In this document: piece after piece, positions 35,297 to 44,051 of the stretch
Layout: every line of letters begins with the position of its first letter
How positions within the stretch are numbered: position 1 is the stretch's first letter
DNA from: Armatimonadota bacterium
GTDB taxonomy: Bacteria; Sysuimicrobiota; Sysuimicrobiia; Sysuimicrobiales; Segetimicrobiaceae
Direction: 5' to 3'
DNA: 46,542 bases
Assembly (NCBI GenBank): GCA_047519495.1
Contig: JAPVSX010000026.1
Location: forward strand, 1-46,542
Position numbers and translations under genes: made by a program
The notes under the pieces: generated by a model
The model's input: only the letters and a program-made list of their open reading frames with translations
Told to the model about the DNA's origin: nothing
Database searches by the model: none

Positions 35297-36063
35297 GACA
35301 CCACCGCCGTCCGGGCCGACAGGAGGGAGCGGATGCGATCGGCCAGCCTGCCGAAGTGCGCGTCCCCGAGAAGCGAGAAGTCCCGGGGCCGCGGCAGGTC
35401 AACGTCCAGGACCTCGATCACGCGGCCCGGCCTCGGCGACATCACGACCACCCGGTCGCTCAGCAGCACCGCCTCGGGGATGTTGTGGGTGACGAAGACG
35501 ATCGCCCGGCCGCTGAGCTTCCAGATCCGCAGGAGCTCCAGGTTCATCTCCTCGCGCGTCATCGCGTCCAGGGCGCCGAACGGCTCGTCCATGAGGAGGC
35601 ACGTCGAGTCGTGGACGAGGGCGCGGGCGATGGCGGCCCGCTGCTGCATCCCGCCGGACAGCTCGCGCGGGTAGGCGTGCTCGAACCCCTCGAGCCCCAC
35701 CATCTTCAGGAGCCCGCGGGCGTGCGCCACGTACTTCTCCCGCGGCCGCAGACCGAGGATGTCGATCGGCAGCGTCAGGTTGGGCAGGATGCGCCGCCAG
35801 GGCAGGAGGACCGGGTTCTGGAAGACGACCCCGAACTCCCGGCTGGGGCCATCAAGCGGCTCGCCGCGCAGCCGGATCTCGCCCGCCGTCGGCGGGATGA
35901 GGCCGGCGATCACCATGAGGAGCGTCGTCTTGCCGCACCCGCTCGGCCCGACCAGGCTGACGAACTCCCGCTCCCCGACCGTAAGCGTCACGGCCTGGAG
36001 CGCCCTGACCGGGCTGCCATCGAGCCGGCGGTAGGTCTTTTCGACCTCTCGGATCTCGATCAC
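35293..36063 (-). CDS. NitT/TauT-family ABC ATP-binding protein
   Basis: It carries Walker A (GPSGCGKTT), the signature LSGGMQQR and Walker B (LLMDEPFGALD). Confidence 0.95.
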   Translation of the reverse strand: MIEIREVEKTYRRLDGSPVRALQAVTLTVGEREFVSLVGPSGCGKTTLLMVIAGLIPPTAGEIRLRGEPLDGPSREFGVVFQNPVLLPWRRILPNLTLPIDILGLRPREKYVAHARGLLKMVGLEGFEHAYPRELSGGMQQRAAIARALVHDSTCLLMDEPFGALDAMTREEMNLELLRIWKLSGRAIVFVTHNIPEAVLLSDRVVVMSPRPGRVIEVLDVDLPRPRDFSLLGDAHFGRLADRIRSLLSARTAVVS

Positions 36064-37649
36064 GGCTGCACCGGCATCGACTCCTGGAGCAGCTCGCGCA
36101 GCCTGACCTTCTGCACGCGATTCGTCGCTCCGGTCCTCGGGAACGAGGTGACAAACAGGAACCGCCGGGGCACCTTGAAACTGGCCAGGCGCTCGCGGCA
36201 GTACGCGTCGAGCTCGTCCGCGCTCACAGACCGCCCGGGGTGGAGAATCACAAACGCGGCGGGGACCTCGTTGAGGCGCGGGTCGGGCGCCGAGACGACC
36301 GCGGCCTCGGACACCGCGGGGTGGCTGACGATCACTTCCTCGATCTCCATCGGAGAAACGTTCTCGCCGCCGACTCGGATGACATCCTTGAGGCGGCTCA
36401 GGAACTTGATGAACCCGTCCGGGAGCCGCACCCCCTGGTCGCCCGTGTGCAGCCAGCCTTCGCGGTCGATCGTCCGGGCGGTGCTCTCGGGGTCCCGGAA
36501 GTACCCCTGCATGACGTTCCAGCCACGGACGCAGATCTCGCCCGGCTGGCCGTCGGGAAGGGTTTGTCCGGTCTCCGGAGCGATGATCTTCACCTCGATG
36601 CCCTCATGCGGGCGTCCGTCCGAGTCGTGGCGCATCTCGACCGGATCGTCCCGCCGGCAGATCGCCACGTTGCCCCCGGTCTCCGTCAGGCCGTAGACTT
36701 CGCACATCCGTACGTTCCACAGCCGCTCCAGCTCCGCCATCTCGGCCGCGGGGGCGCTGTACCACGCGCGGTCGAAGGCGCCCGCCTGACGTAGGTCGAC
36801 CCGGGGGTCGGCGGCCAGCTCCCTCAGGGGCCCGATGAAGCCGTGGTAGACCGTCACCCGCTCGCGGACGAGGGTCTGCCAGAACTCGTCGCGGTTGTAG
36901 CGGGAGGTCGCGAAGAGCGTCGTGCCGGCGACAAGGCAGGTGAGCAGCCCGTGCATGAAGCCGCTGCAGTGAAAGAAGGGCGCGATGGTGATGAAGCGCT
37001 CCTCCGGACCGAGGTTCTGGCGCTCGCCGACGGCCGTGGCCAGCCGCACCAGCCCGTCGTGGGTGAGCATCACGCCCTTCGGGGCCGAGGTGGTCCCGGA
37101 GGTCAAGAGGATGGCGGCCACCCCCGCCAGCTCGCCGCCGGCGGCGACGAGTCCGGCGGCGGCGGGCAGTTCCTTGCGGTTCTTCGCCACCTCCGCCGTC
37201 CAGTCGAACGTGTCGGGGTAGCGGAGGCCCCGGCGCGAGCGCACGAGCACGGCCTGCGGCCGGGCCGAGTGAACCGCTTCCAGCCATTCCTCGACCAGGT
37301 TCCGCCCGCGCACATCGTCATCCAGGATCAGGAGCGCCGGCTCGGTGAGGGTCACCATGTGGACCGTCTCCCGCGCCGTGAGCCGGGTGTTCACCCCGAC
37401 GGTGATCGCGCCGGCGCGGGCGACCCCGTAGGCCGCGACGGTCCAGTCGGCGGAGTTGGCCATGGCCAGGCCGACCCGATCGCCCGGGCGCACCCCCAGC
37501 TCGGCCAGCATGCGCCCGAACCGGTCGGCCCGCGACGCCAGCTCCGCAAAGCTGAGCACCTCCCGGCGCGGCCCCATGACCAGGAACTCCCGATCCCCCC
37601 AGCGCCGGGCAGCGCGGACGGCGACGTCGTAAAGATTGGTGGCCGTCAC
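36060..37649 (-). CDS. AMP-dependent acyl-CoA synthetase/ligase (ANL superfamily)
   Basis: Motifs LLTSGTTSAPKGV, YGLTETGG, GWLHTGDQG, GGENVSPMEIE and FKVPR are present. GTG 37649 overlaps the HMGL-like stop (GTGA). The track ORF start at 37793 lies inside the neighbouring gene. Confidence 0.9.
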   Translation of the reverse strand: MTATNLYDVAVRAARRWGDREFLVMGPRREVLSFAELASRADRFGRMLAELGVRPGDRVGLAMANSADWTVAAYGVARAGAITVGVNTRLTARETVHMVTLTEPALLILDDDVRGRNLVEEWLEAVHSARPQAVLVRSRRGLRYPDTFDWTAEVAKNRKELPAAAGLVAAGGELAGVAAILLTSGTTSAPKGVMLTHDGLVRLATAVGERQNLGPEERFITIAPFFHCSGFMHGLLTCLVAGTTLFATSRYNRDEFWQTLVRERVTVYHGFIGPLRELAADPRVDLRQAGAFDRAWYSAPAAEMAELERLWNVRMCEVYGLTETGGNVAICRRDDPVEMRHDSDGRPHEGIEVKIIAPETGQTLPDGQPGEICVRGWNVMQGYFRDPESTARTIDREGWLHTGDQGVRLPDGFIKFLSRLKDVIRVGGENVSPMEIEEVIVSHPAVSEAAVVSAPDPRLNEVPAAFVILHPGRSVSADELDAYCRERLASFKVPRRFLFVTSFPRTGATNRVQKVRLRELLQESMPVQP

Positions 37650-38611
37650 CGGACCAGCGGGCGGCTCCGGTTCAGCATCCCGCTGTGAAGGACCTTGCTC
37701 GGCAGCGGATGGCCAACGATCTCCTCCGCGAGTCCCGCGCATGCGATCATCTTCTCCAGGTCGATGCCGGTCTCGATGCCGAGCTCGTTGCACATGAAGA
37801 GGAGCTCCTCGGTGCAGATGTTCCCCGCCGCCCCCCTGTGCCCTGCGAAGGGACAGCCTCCCAGACCGCCCACGGCGCAGTCGAAGTAGTCCACGCCCTC
37901 GCTGAGGGCCGCGTACGCGTTCGCCATCCCAAGGCCGCGGGTGTCGTGCAGGTGGAGGCCAATGCGAACCCCGGGCACACGGGTACGGACCGCGTCCACG
38001 GTGCGGCGGATCTGCTCGGGATTCGCCCAGCCCATGGTGTCGGCAAGGATCAGGGTCCGGAGCCGGTCGCGGGCCCGGGCGATCATCTCGAAGAGGTCGG
38101 TGGCGAGGGCGAGCACGCGATCGAGCGGCACGTCGCCTTCATAGTTGCAGCCGAACGCGGCCATGATGCTCGCGTTCTCGATCTGGATGCCGAGCTCGTG
38201 GTAGAGCCGTGCCATCCTCTCCTGCATCTCGCGATCCTGCTGCAGGTTGCGGTTCTGATTCTTGAGCGCGAAGGTCTCGGAGGCGGTCAGCGTGAGCTTG
38301 CCGGTGATGCTCAGCCGGCCGGTGGCCTGGGCGCGCTTGAGGCCGACGTCGTTCAGGTAGACGGCCGTGTAGCGCACGCCCTCCCGGGGAGTGATCCCGG
38401 TGACGACCGCTTCGGCGTCCGCCATCTGCGGGACGACCTTCGGGTGGACGAAGGAGGTCACCTGGATGGTCCCGACTCCCGTCCCGGAGAGGGCATCAAC
38501 GAGCCGGATCTTGTTGGCGGTGGAGATCTTGTCCGGCTGTCCGATCCCCTCGAACTGGTAGCCCTCGCGGGGCCCGACCTCGATCACGGTGATCCGCTTG
38601 GGAAGAGCCAT
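37646..38611 (-). CDS. HMG-CoA-lyase-like (HMGL family) acyl-CoA C-C lyase
   Basis: VIEVGPREGYQ, HLHDTRGLGMANAYAAL and the GGLGGCPFA motif are present, as in hydroxymethylglutaryl-CoA lyases and citramalyl-CoA-type lyases. Confidence 0.9.
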   Translation of the reverse strand: MALPKRITVIEVGPREGYQFEGIGQPDKISTANKIRLVDALSGTGVGTIQVTSFVHPKVVPQMADAEAVVTGITPREGVRYTAVYLNDVGLKRAQATGRLSITGKLTLTASETFALKNQNRNLQQDREMQERMARLYHELGIQIENASIMAAFGCNYEGDVPLDRVLALATDLFEMIARARDRLRTLILADTMGWANPEQIRRTVDAVRTRVPGVRIGLHLHDTRGLGMANAYAALSEGVDYFDCAVGGLGGCPFAGHRGAAGNICTEELLFMCNELGIETGIDLEKMIACAGLAEEIVGHPLPSKVLHSGMLNRSRPLVR

Positions 38612-38623
38612 CCCTCCGCCTCC

Positions 38624-39139
38624 TTACCAGGTCACCGGCGTGCGGTTCGGTGGCACAAAGGGGTACGGCACCGTCTTGCCGGGGGCGGCGGGCACGACCC
38701 CGATGGCCGTCCCCCGGGTCGTGATCGCGCCCGCCTGGTTCGACAGGTAGATCTCAAGCAGGACATACCCCGATCCTTCGTGCTCGACGGCTTGCAGCAC
38801 CTTGCCGCCGGCGAGGACCGTGTTGCCCTGCGGGTCCATCTCCCGGAACTGGAAGCGGATCTTCCAGAGCCACCCGTCCGGTCCCAGGAGATCCTTCACG
38901 TACTGGCACATCACCTGCTGCTTCCAGGACCCGTTGACCAGCACGTCGGGAAGGCCGTCCACCCGGGTGGCGAAGGGATGGTCGTAGTGGATCCGGTGCC
39001 AGTTCTCCATCGCCGCCGACCAGCGCATGATGTGCAACGTCGTCATTGGCCCCTTGGACATCGGGGGCAGATCCGCGCCCACCTTGAAGTCAGCAAGGGT
39101 CCGGCTCTCAACGCGTCTTGGCGAAGTGTCAGCCCTCAA
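38624..39139 (-). CDS. MaoC-like hotdog-fold (R)-specific hydratase/dehydratase, C-type half
   Basis: The region MENWHRIHYDHPFA aligns to the hydratase-2 motif (D.NP.H.D..fA), with the His conserved. The track start is a TTG, and an internal ATG start is possible. Confidence 0.75.
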   Translation of the reverse strand: MRADTSPRRVESRTLADFKVGADLPPMSKGPMTTLHIMRWSAAMENWHRIHYDHPFATRVDGLPDVLVNGSWKQQVMCQYVKDLLGPDGWLWKIRFQFREMDPQGNTVLAGGKVLQAVEHEGSGYVLLEIYLSNQAGAITTRGTAIGVVPAAPGKTVPYPFVPPNRTPVTW

Positions 39140-39294
39140 TCCGCACCTCGGTGTCCGTCAGTTGGGTAGATCTGGGTCCGGAGCGTCATCGCGCGGGCGT
39201 TCCCGCCGCCAGCGGCCTTGGGTTCATCCTGCAGCGCCTCCACCTGCCGGGTCTCGATCAGGTAGACCTCGAAGGCCTCAAGATGCTTCGCCAT
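39136..39294 (-). CDS. Possible 52-aa leader protein at the head of the operon
   Basis: The product is MAKHLEAFEVYLIETRQVEALQDEPKAAGGGNARAMTLRTQIYPTDGHRGAD. Codon third positions are overwhelmingly G/C, as in the neighbouring genes. Its TGA overlaps the TTG start of the MaoC-like gene. It is below the length cutoff of the ORF track, and I recognise no homology. Confidence 0.3.
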   Translation of the reverse strand: MAKHLEAFEVYLIETRQVEALQDEPKAAGGGNARAMTLRTQIYPTDGHRGAD

Positions 39295-39312
39295 TCGCTT
39301 TGCCGCGTTACC

Positions 39313-39342
39313 TTATTACTAAATGCACGAAGGGCTTGTCAA
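39313..39342 (-). promoter_or_regulatory. Candidate sigma-70-type promoter for the CoA-dependent operon
   Basis: On the minus strand TTGACA (39342-39337) is followed by an 18-nt spacer and TAATAA (39318-39313). It lies in a locally AT-rich patch about 19 nt upstream of the small-ORF ATG. Confidence 0.45.
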
Positions 39343-39446
39343 TGGCCTGCCGGACATCGACCGGGCCTCACGGCAATCCAGGGGAAGCCAATGAAACCCG
39401 ACGACGGGCATGTTGGTTCTGCGTGGGGCCCGGCCGAAGAGCAGTC

Positions 39447-39812
39447 TCAGCGGCTACCCTCTGCTCCGCGGATTGCGCCCATCACCTTTGCGAGATCGTA
39501 GAACGAAACCCACGTGGCGCGCTCCCCGAGAACCTCGAGCATGCTCCGAGCGCCTCCGGGATTGTCCGAGTGCACGAGGAGAATGGCGTCCCGATTCGGT
39601 GTCTCCACCAGCCGCCTGGCGACATCGTAACCGGTCAATGCATCACCGGACCTGTCCAGGTCGTAGTCGAGCGACACCACATCGAACGTCTTGGACTGCA
39701 AAGCTTCGATGGCCTGTGCAGCGTTCCAGACGTACTCAACCTGCTCCGAGCCGATGTGCTCTCGGAGCCGCCTGTGGCGTGACGGGTCGTCGTCGAGGAA
39801 GAGGATTTTCAT
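39447..39812 (-). CDS. Stand-alone atypical receiver (CheY-like) domain protein
   Basis: The 121-aa product contains MKILFLDDDPSRH...DVVSLDYDLDRSGDALTGYDVARRL...ILLVHSDNPGGARSM. The acidic pocket and a phospho-acceptor-like Asp are present. The LDxDL and HSxNP motifs differ from classical CheY and recall the cyclic-phosphate-processing receiver-type family. Confidence 0.75.
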   Translation of the reverse strand: MKILFLDDDPSRHRRLREHIGSEQVEYVWNAAQAIEALQSKTFDVVSLDYDLDRSGDALTGYDVARRLVETPNRDAILLVHSDNPGGARSMLEVLGERATWVSFYDLAKVMGAIRGAEGSR

Positions 39813-39973
39813 GGGCTCTGCCCTGCGCTCGGCATGGAGACCTCTCTCCGCATCTCATCCCACCGGCGCTTGGTGGCGCGGCGGCAGTGCGCGGGCACGG
39901 AGCGCGCATCACACGCCGCCGGCGAGGCGCGCGCTGGAGTGCCGCGTTCCGGCCTCCGCGTCACCGCAGGCGA

Positions 39974-41053
39974 CTAGTAGCTCCGGGCTTGGCGCTGGAT
40001 CGCATCGATGTCGAGCCGGTTGATTTCAAGAATGTACTCGTTGGTGAAAAAGATGGTGACGTCACGGACCTTCGCCTGGACCCCCTGCAGCTTGACCGCA
40101 TTCTGCCACTCGGTCGCATTGCTCTGGCCGAACGGCGCCCCGGCCGGCGGCTTCCACTCCGGGCTTCGGTGCGCGACGGTCACCATGATGTCTTGAATCG
40201 CCTTGTCATACGGGATCCCGAGGCCGACCGACTCGGGATGCATCTTGATGTACACTTTGGCCGCGGCCCTGGGGTTCGTCAGCGCGAACACGGTCCCTTT
40301 GGCGACGGCCTGAGCGAAACCGATGATCAGGCCGCGGTGCTCTCGCACGTAGCCCTTCTCAGCCTGGAGATAGAAGCCTCCGATGGACGGGAGCCCCCTG
40401 GGCCGGGGCAATACCCGGTACTTGATGCCGGCCACGTCCCAACTGCCGAGGGTGGTGTCCCATGCGAACATCGCATCTACCCGCCCCTGCTGCAGGGCAA
40501 CGCCGGCCGGGGTGCCGTTGCCGACCACCTGAAACCGCACCTGGCTGGGGTTGACACCGGCCGTCTCCAGCCATTGCTTCACAATGCTCTCATCGGCGGT
40601 CCCGAGACCAACCAGGCCGACGGTCCTGCCGTTCAGATCGGACACGCTGCGGATCGGACTGTCGGGAGCCACCGCAAAGTCCCACTTCAACGGGTAAGAG
40701 TACTCGTAGAAGCAGATGGTCTTGAGTTCGTTCCCCGCCGCGACGAAGCCGATCTGGAAGTCCTGGGTGCAGACGCCCACCTGCGCGCGGCCAGAGAGCA
40801 ACGCGGCCATGACCGCTTGGTTCGACCCAAGGTACTGGAACTCAATGTCGATCCCGGCGTCTCTGTAGTACCCTAACTCCTTCCCAATCTCGATATTCTC
40901 AAAGAGGGGATTTTGCGACGGCGCGGCCGAGGCAAAGATGATACGTGTCAACGCCGGAGCGGCGTGGACCGAGGGCGCGGCGCCGGCGCACAGCGCCAAG
41001 ACCGCCAGACCCAGGGAAACCGCAAGGACCTGCAGGATCACCCGATGCTTCAT
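39974..41053 (-). CDS. NitT/TauT-family (NMT1-like) ABC substrate-binding protein, Sec signal
   Basis: It has the signal peptide MKHRVILQVLAVSLGLAVLALCAGAAPSVHA. The body resembles the binding protein at 33303-34439. Its ATG overlaps the ATPase stop (ATGA). Confidence 0.85.
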   Translation of the reverse strand: MKHRVILQVLAVSLGLAVLALCAGAAPSVHAAPALTRIIFASAAPSQNPLFENIEIGKELGYYRDAGIDIEFQYLGSNQAVMAALLSGRAQVGVCTQDFQIGFVAAGNELKTICFYEYSYPLKWDFAVAPDSPIRSVSDLNGRTVGLVGLGTADESIVKQWLETAGVNPSQVRFQVVGNGTPAGVALQQGRVDAMFAWDTTLGSWDVAGIKYRVLPRPRGLPSIGGFYLQAEKGYVREHRGLIIGFAQAVAKGTVFALTNPRAAAKVYIKMHPESVGLGIPYDKAIQDIMVTVAHRSPEWKPPAGAPFGQSNATEWQNAVKLQGVQAKVRDVTIFFTNEYILEINRLDIDAIQRQARSY

Positions 41054-41838
41054 GTCACGTCTCCCTCGATTCCCATCGCTGTCGTCGTGAGGTAGCTTCG
41101 AACCTGACGCGTGAGCTCAACGAACTGGGGCTGATCCACTATCTCGAACCGGCGGGGACGTGGGATATGCACGTCGATATCCGCCACGACCCTGCCGGGG
41201 GCCGCCGACATGACGATGACCCGGTCGGCCAGGATGACCGCCTCCTGGATACTGTGGGTGATGAAGAACACCGTGGTCCGGTTCACCTCCCAGACGCTGG
41301 CCAGAAGCAGGGCCATCTGTTCGCGGGTCAGGGCATCGAGGGCGGCGAACGGCTCATCCATGAGCAACAGCCCCGGGTCCAGGATGAGCGCACGCGCGAT
41401 CGCATTGCGCTGGGCCATGCCGCCCGAGAGTTCCGTGGGGTAGTGACTCATAAACGCGCCCAGCCCCACGAGGTTGAGGAGATGGATCGCGCGGGATCGG
41501 TGCTCCTCCAAGGCGACGCACCGGATCTGCACCGGCAGGAGCGTATTATCCAGGGTGGTCTTCCAGGGCAGCAAGACCGGCCGCTGATAGACGATCCCGA
41601 CGTCGTGGCGCGGACCGCGGACAGCCTCGCCGTTGATCCGCACCGTTCCCTGCTCGTAGTGTTCCAGGCCGGCCAGGACCATCAGGAGCGTTGTCTTCCC
41701 GCACCCGCTCGGTCCCACCACGCTGACAAACGTTCCGGGCGCGATGTCGAGGTGGATGTCGTGGAGCGCGGGCGTCGGCTTGCCCATGGCCGAGCGAAAA
41801 ACCTTGGACAGGCCGTCGATCTCAATGCGGTCAGACAT
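41050..41838 (-). CDS. NitT/TauT-family ABC ATP-binding protein
   Basis: It carries Walker A (GPSGCGKTT), the signature LSGGMAQR and Walker B (LLMDEPFAALD). Confidence 0.95.
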   Translation of the reverse strand: MSDRIEIDGLSKVFRSAMGKPTPALHDIHLDIAPGTFVSVVGPSGCGKTTLLMVLAGLEHYEQGTVRINGEAVRGPRHDVGIVYQRPVLLPWKTTLDNTLLPVQIRCVALEEHRSRAIHLLNLVGLGAFMSHYPTELSGGMAQRNAIARALILDPGLLLMDEPFAALDALTREQMALLLASVWEVNRTTVFFITHSIQEAVILADRVIVMSAAPGRVVADIDVHIPRPRRFEIVDQPQFVELTRQVRSYLTTTAMGIEGDVT

Positions 41839-42706
41839 CCCGGGCGACCCTCATCGCCTCCGGCTGTCTCCAAAAGACGATCTTGCGTTCGGCAAAGCGC
41901 ACCACGGCGTGCAGCAGGTTGGCGACCAGGGCCAGCACCGCGAGCGCTGCGAAAACCCCGGCGGTGTTGTTGATGTACTGGTATTGGAGAATGGCCACGC
42001 CGATCCCCACGCTGCCGGCGACGAACTCTGCGACCACCGCGCCGAGCAGGCTGTACACGACAGCGGCGTCCAGGCCGGTAAAAATCACCGGAAGCGCCGA
42101 CGGCAGTTTGACAGTCACGAAGGCCTGCCAGCGCGACGCCCGGAGACCTCGCATCAGGAGCAGGTAGTCGCGTTCCACCAGGGTCAGCCCCGTGTAGGTG
42201 TTGAGTAACAATGGGAAAAACGTGAGCAGCGCGGCCATCACGACGGTCGATGGCAGCCCATACCCGAACCAGATCAGGATGAGCGGTGCGACCGCCACCT
42301 TCGGCAGGCTCTGGAGGGCAAACGCGTACGGCAGCAGGATCTTGTTCAAGGACTCGCTCTCGGCGGCGAGGACGCCGAGCGCAATGCCCGTGATGACTCC
42401 CCCGGCGTAGCCGAGCAGCGTCCCGCGGAGTGTCACGGCCATCTGGAACACGAGGCTGCCCTTCGTCGCCGGGTTCGCGGTGAGCCCATGCCAGAGCGCG
42501 TTCGCCACGGCCCCCGGAGCGGGAAGGATGAAGTTCGGGACCCTCAGGAAGGTAACGCACGCCTGCCAGGCAACCAGCAACAGCAGGGCGGACAGCGGAA
42601 ACGGGGCAAACAACACACGCCACCGGCCACGTCCTCCGTCCCCCGGCCGCCGGGTGGCTTCAGCGGCCGGGCGAAGCGGTTCTGACGGGAGAGCTGCTTG
42701 CGTCAC
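41831..42706 (-). CDS. NitT/TauT-family ABC permease
   Basis: It has a six-TM body with LLMRGLRASRWQAFVTVKLPSALP. GTG 42706 overlaps the DapA-family stop (GTGA). The track ORF start at 43066 lies within the neighbouring gene. Confidence 0.9.
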   Translation of the reverse strand: MTQAALPSEPLRPAAEATRRPGDGGRGRWRVLFAPFPLSALLLLVAWQACVTFLRVPNFILPAPGAVANALWHGLTANPATKGSLVFQMAVTLRGTLLGYAGGVITGIALGVLAAESESLNKILLPYAFALQSLPKVAVAPLILIWFGYGLPSTVVMAALLTFFPLLLNTYTGLTLVERDYLLLMRGLRASRWQAFVTVKLPSALPVIFTGLDAAVVYSLLGAVVAEFVAGSVGIGVAILQYQYINNTAGVFAALAVLALVANLLHAVVRFAERKIVFWRQPEAMRVARDV

Positions 42707-43662
42707 GCCAAGACAGGTTGCAGCAAGCCCGCCTCCACCAGGCCGGCTCGGACCCGCTCCTTCTCTTTCGCGTCGGCGTTGACGCACAGCGGACGAACGA
42801 GGGAGCACGGGATCTGCCCGAGCTGAACCAGGGCCTCCTTGACGCGCGCCACGTAGGTCACGGGTCCAACCGGCTCCTGATTCTCGAAGAGGGCCCGCAT
42901 CAGGGGGGCGCAGACCCGACGATAGATCTGACTGGCCTCTTCGGCGCGACCTGTGGTCGCCGCCTCGACCATCCGCGCCCAATGCTCGGGGCCAACGACG
43001 CTGATGCCGATCAATGCACCGTGGGCGCCGTGCAGGAGCATGCCGAGCAGCTCGGGGGCGTCGCACGCCGCGAGGATAGAGAGCTTGTCGTGGAGGGCGT
43101 TCCAGACATCGGTGTAGCGCGTCACGGTGCGCGTCGCCGCCTTGACGCCGACGACGTTCTTCAGTTCGGCGAGCTTGACCAGCGTGGACACCGGATACGG
43201 ACAGCCGGAGGTATCTGCGTATTCGAACACCGCCATCGGCAGATCCACCTGCTGATCCAAGGCCTGGAAGAAGTTGACGACCGGGCCTTCAAACCTGGCC
43301 AGCAGACGATACGGCCGGATGTCGAACGGGGGGAGCACCAGCAGGGCGTCGGCTCCGGCCCGCTTGGCATTGAGACCCTCTCGGACTGCGCCCGAAATCA
43401 TATGCGACTCGACCCCGGCGATCACAACTTGTCCCGGCCGCTTGGCGCGAACCGCGGCACGAACGATCGCCTCGCGCTCCTCGGACGTGAGCGCCACGAT
43501 CTCGCCCGCATGGCCGTTGACAACCAGACCCCGGACCCCCTCGGCCGCCGCGGTCTTCTCCAGGTGGTTCTGAAGGCTCGCAAAGTCAACGGACAGGTCG
43601 CCAGCGAACGGAGTTGCTGTTGCCGGAAACAGCCCTCGCAACGTCAGCTTCTTCTGCATCAC
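42703..43662 (-). CDS. DapA/NAL-family class I aldolase (dihydrodipicolinate synthase-like)
   Basis: ATATPF, VVNGHAGE and the Schiff-base lysine context VVGVKAATR are present. GGGGAGGGG lies before the ATG. Confidence 0.9.
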   Translation of the reverse strand: MMQKKLTLRGLFPATATPFAGDLSVDFASLQNHLEKTAAAEGVRGLVVNGHAGEIVALTSEEREAIVRAAVRAKRPGQVVIAGVESHMISGAVREGLNAKRAGADALLVLPPFDIRPYRLLARFEGPVVNFFQALDQQVDLPMAVFEYADTSGCPYPVSTLVKLAELKNVVGVKAATRTVTRYTDVWNALHDKLSILAACDAPELLGMLLHGAHGALIGISVVGPEHWARMVEAATTGRAEEASQIYRRVCAPLMRALFENQEPVGPVTYVARVKEALVQLGQIPCSLVRPLCVNADAKEKERVRAGLVEAGLLQPVLA

Positions 43663-43808
43663 GCCCCTCCCCGCCCAGTGAATTTCCCCAGGCTCTCGGC
43701 TCTATATTGCGCATCAGATAGGAGAGTCCTCCAGGCAGGCCACCTCCCGGCCTCAATCTCGACAACGAAACAGCCCTCCAAACCCGTAAGAATCTCAACA
43801 GTGCTCCG

Positions 43809-44051
43809 CTAGGTGCCCTTGCGAGCAGGAAAGAGGGCTAGAATGATGACCGTGTCTTCTGCCACAACGTAGCTCAGGCAGTAGTTCTCTATTACGAAGT
43901 ACCGAAAGCCGGCATACGGCTGATGTTGCCGCACGGGGTACATCTCTGGAAACTCTGAGATCATCTCAATGCGATTGAGAATGGCTTGCTGGAAACGCCG
44001 GGAGAGTCGGTGAAATGCACTCGCTGCAGGCTCGGTCCAAGGGACTTTCAC
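43809..44051 (-). CDS. RelE/ParE-family type II toxin
   Basis: The product is 80 aa with the typical C-terminus YRYFV...YVVAEDTVIILALFPARK. It starts at a GTG in a GTGA overlap with the upstream antitoxin gene. Confidence 0.8.
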   Translation of the reverse strand: MKVPWTEPAASAFHRLSRRFQQAILNRIEMISEFPEMYPVRQHQPYAGFRYFVIENYCLSYVVAEDTVIILALFPARKGT

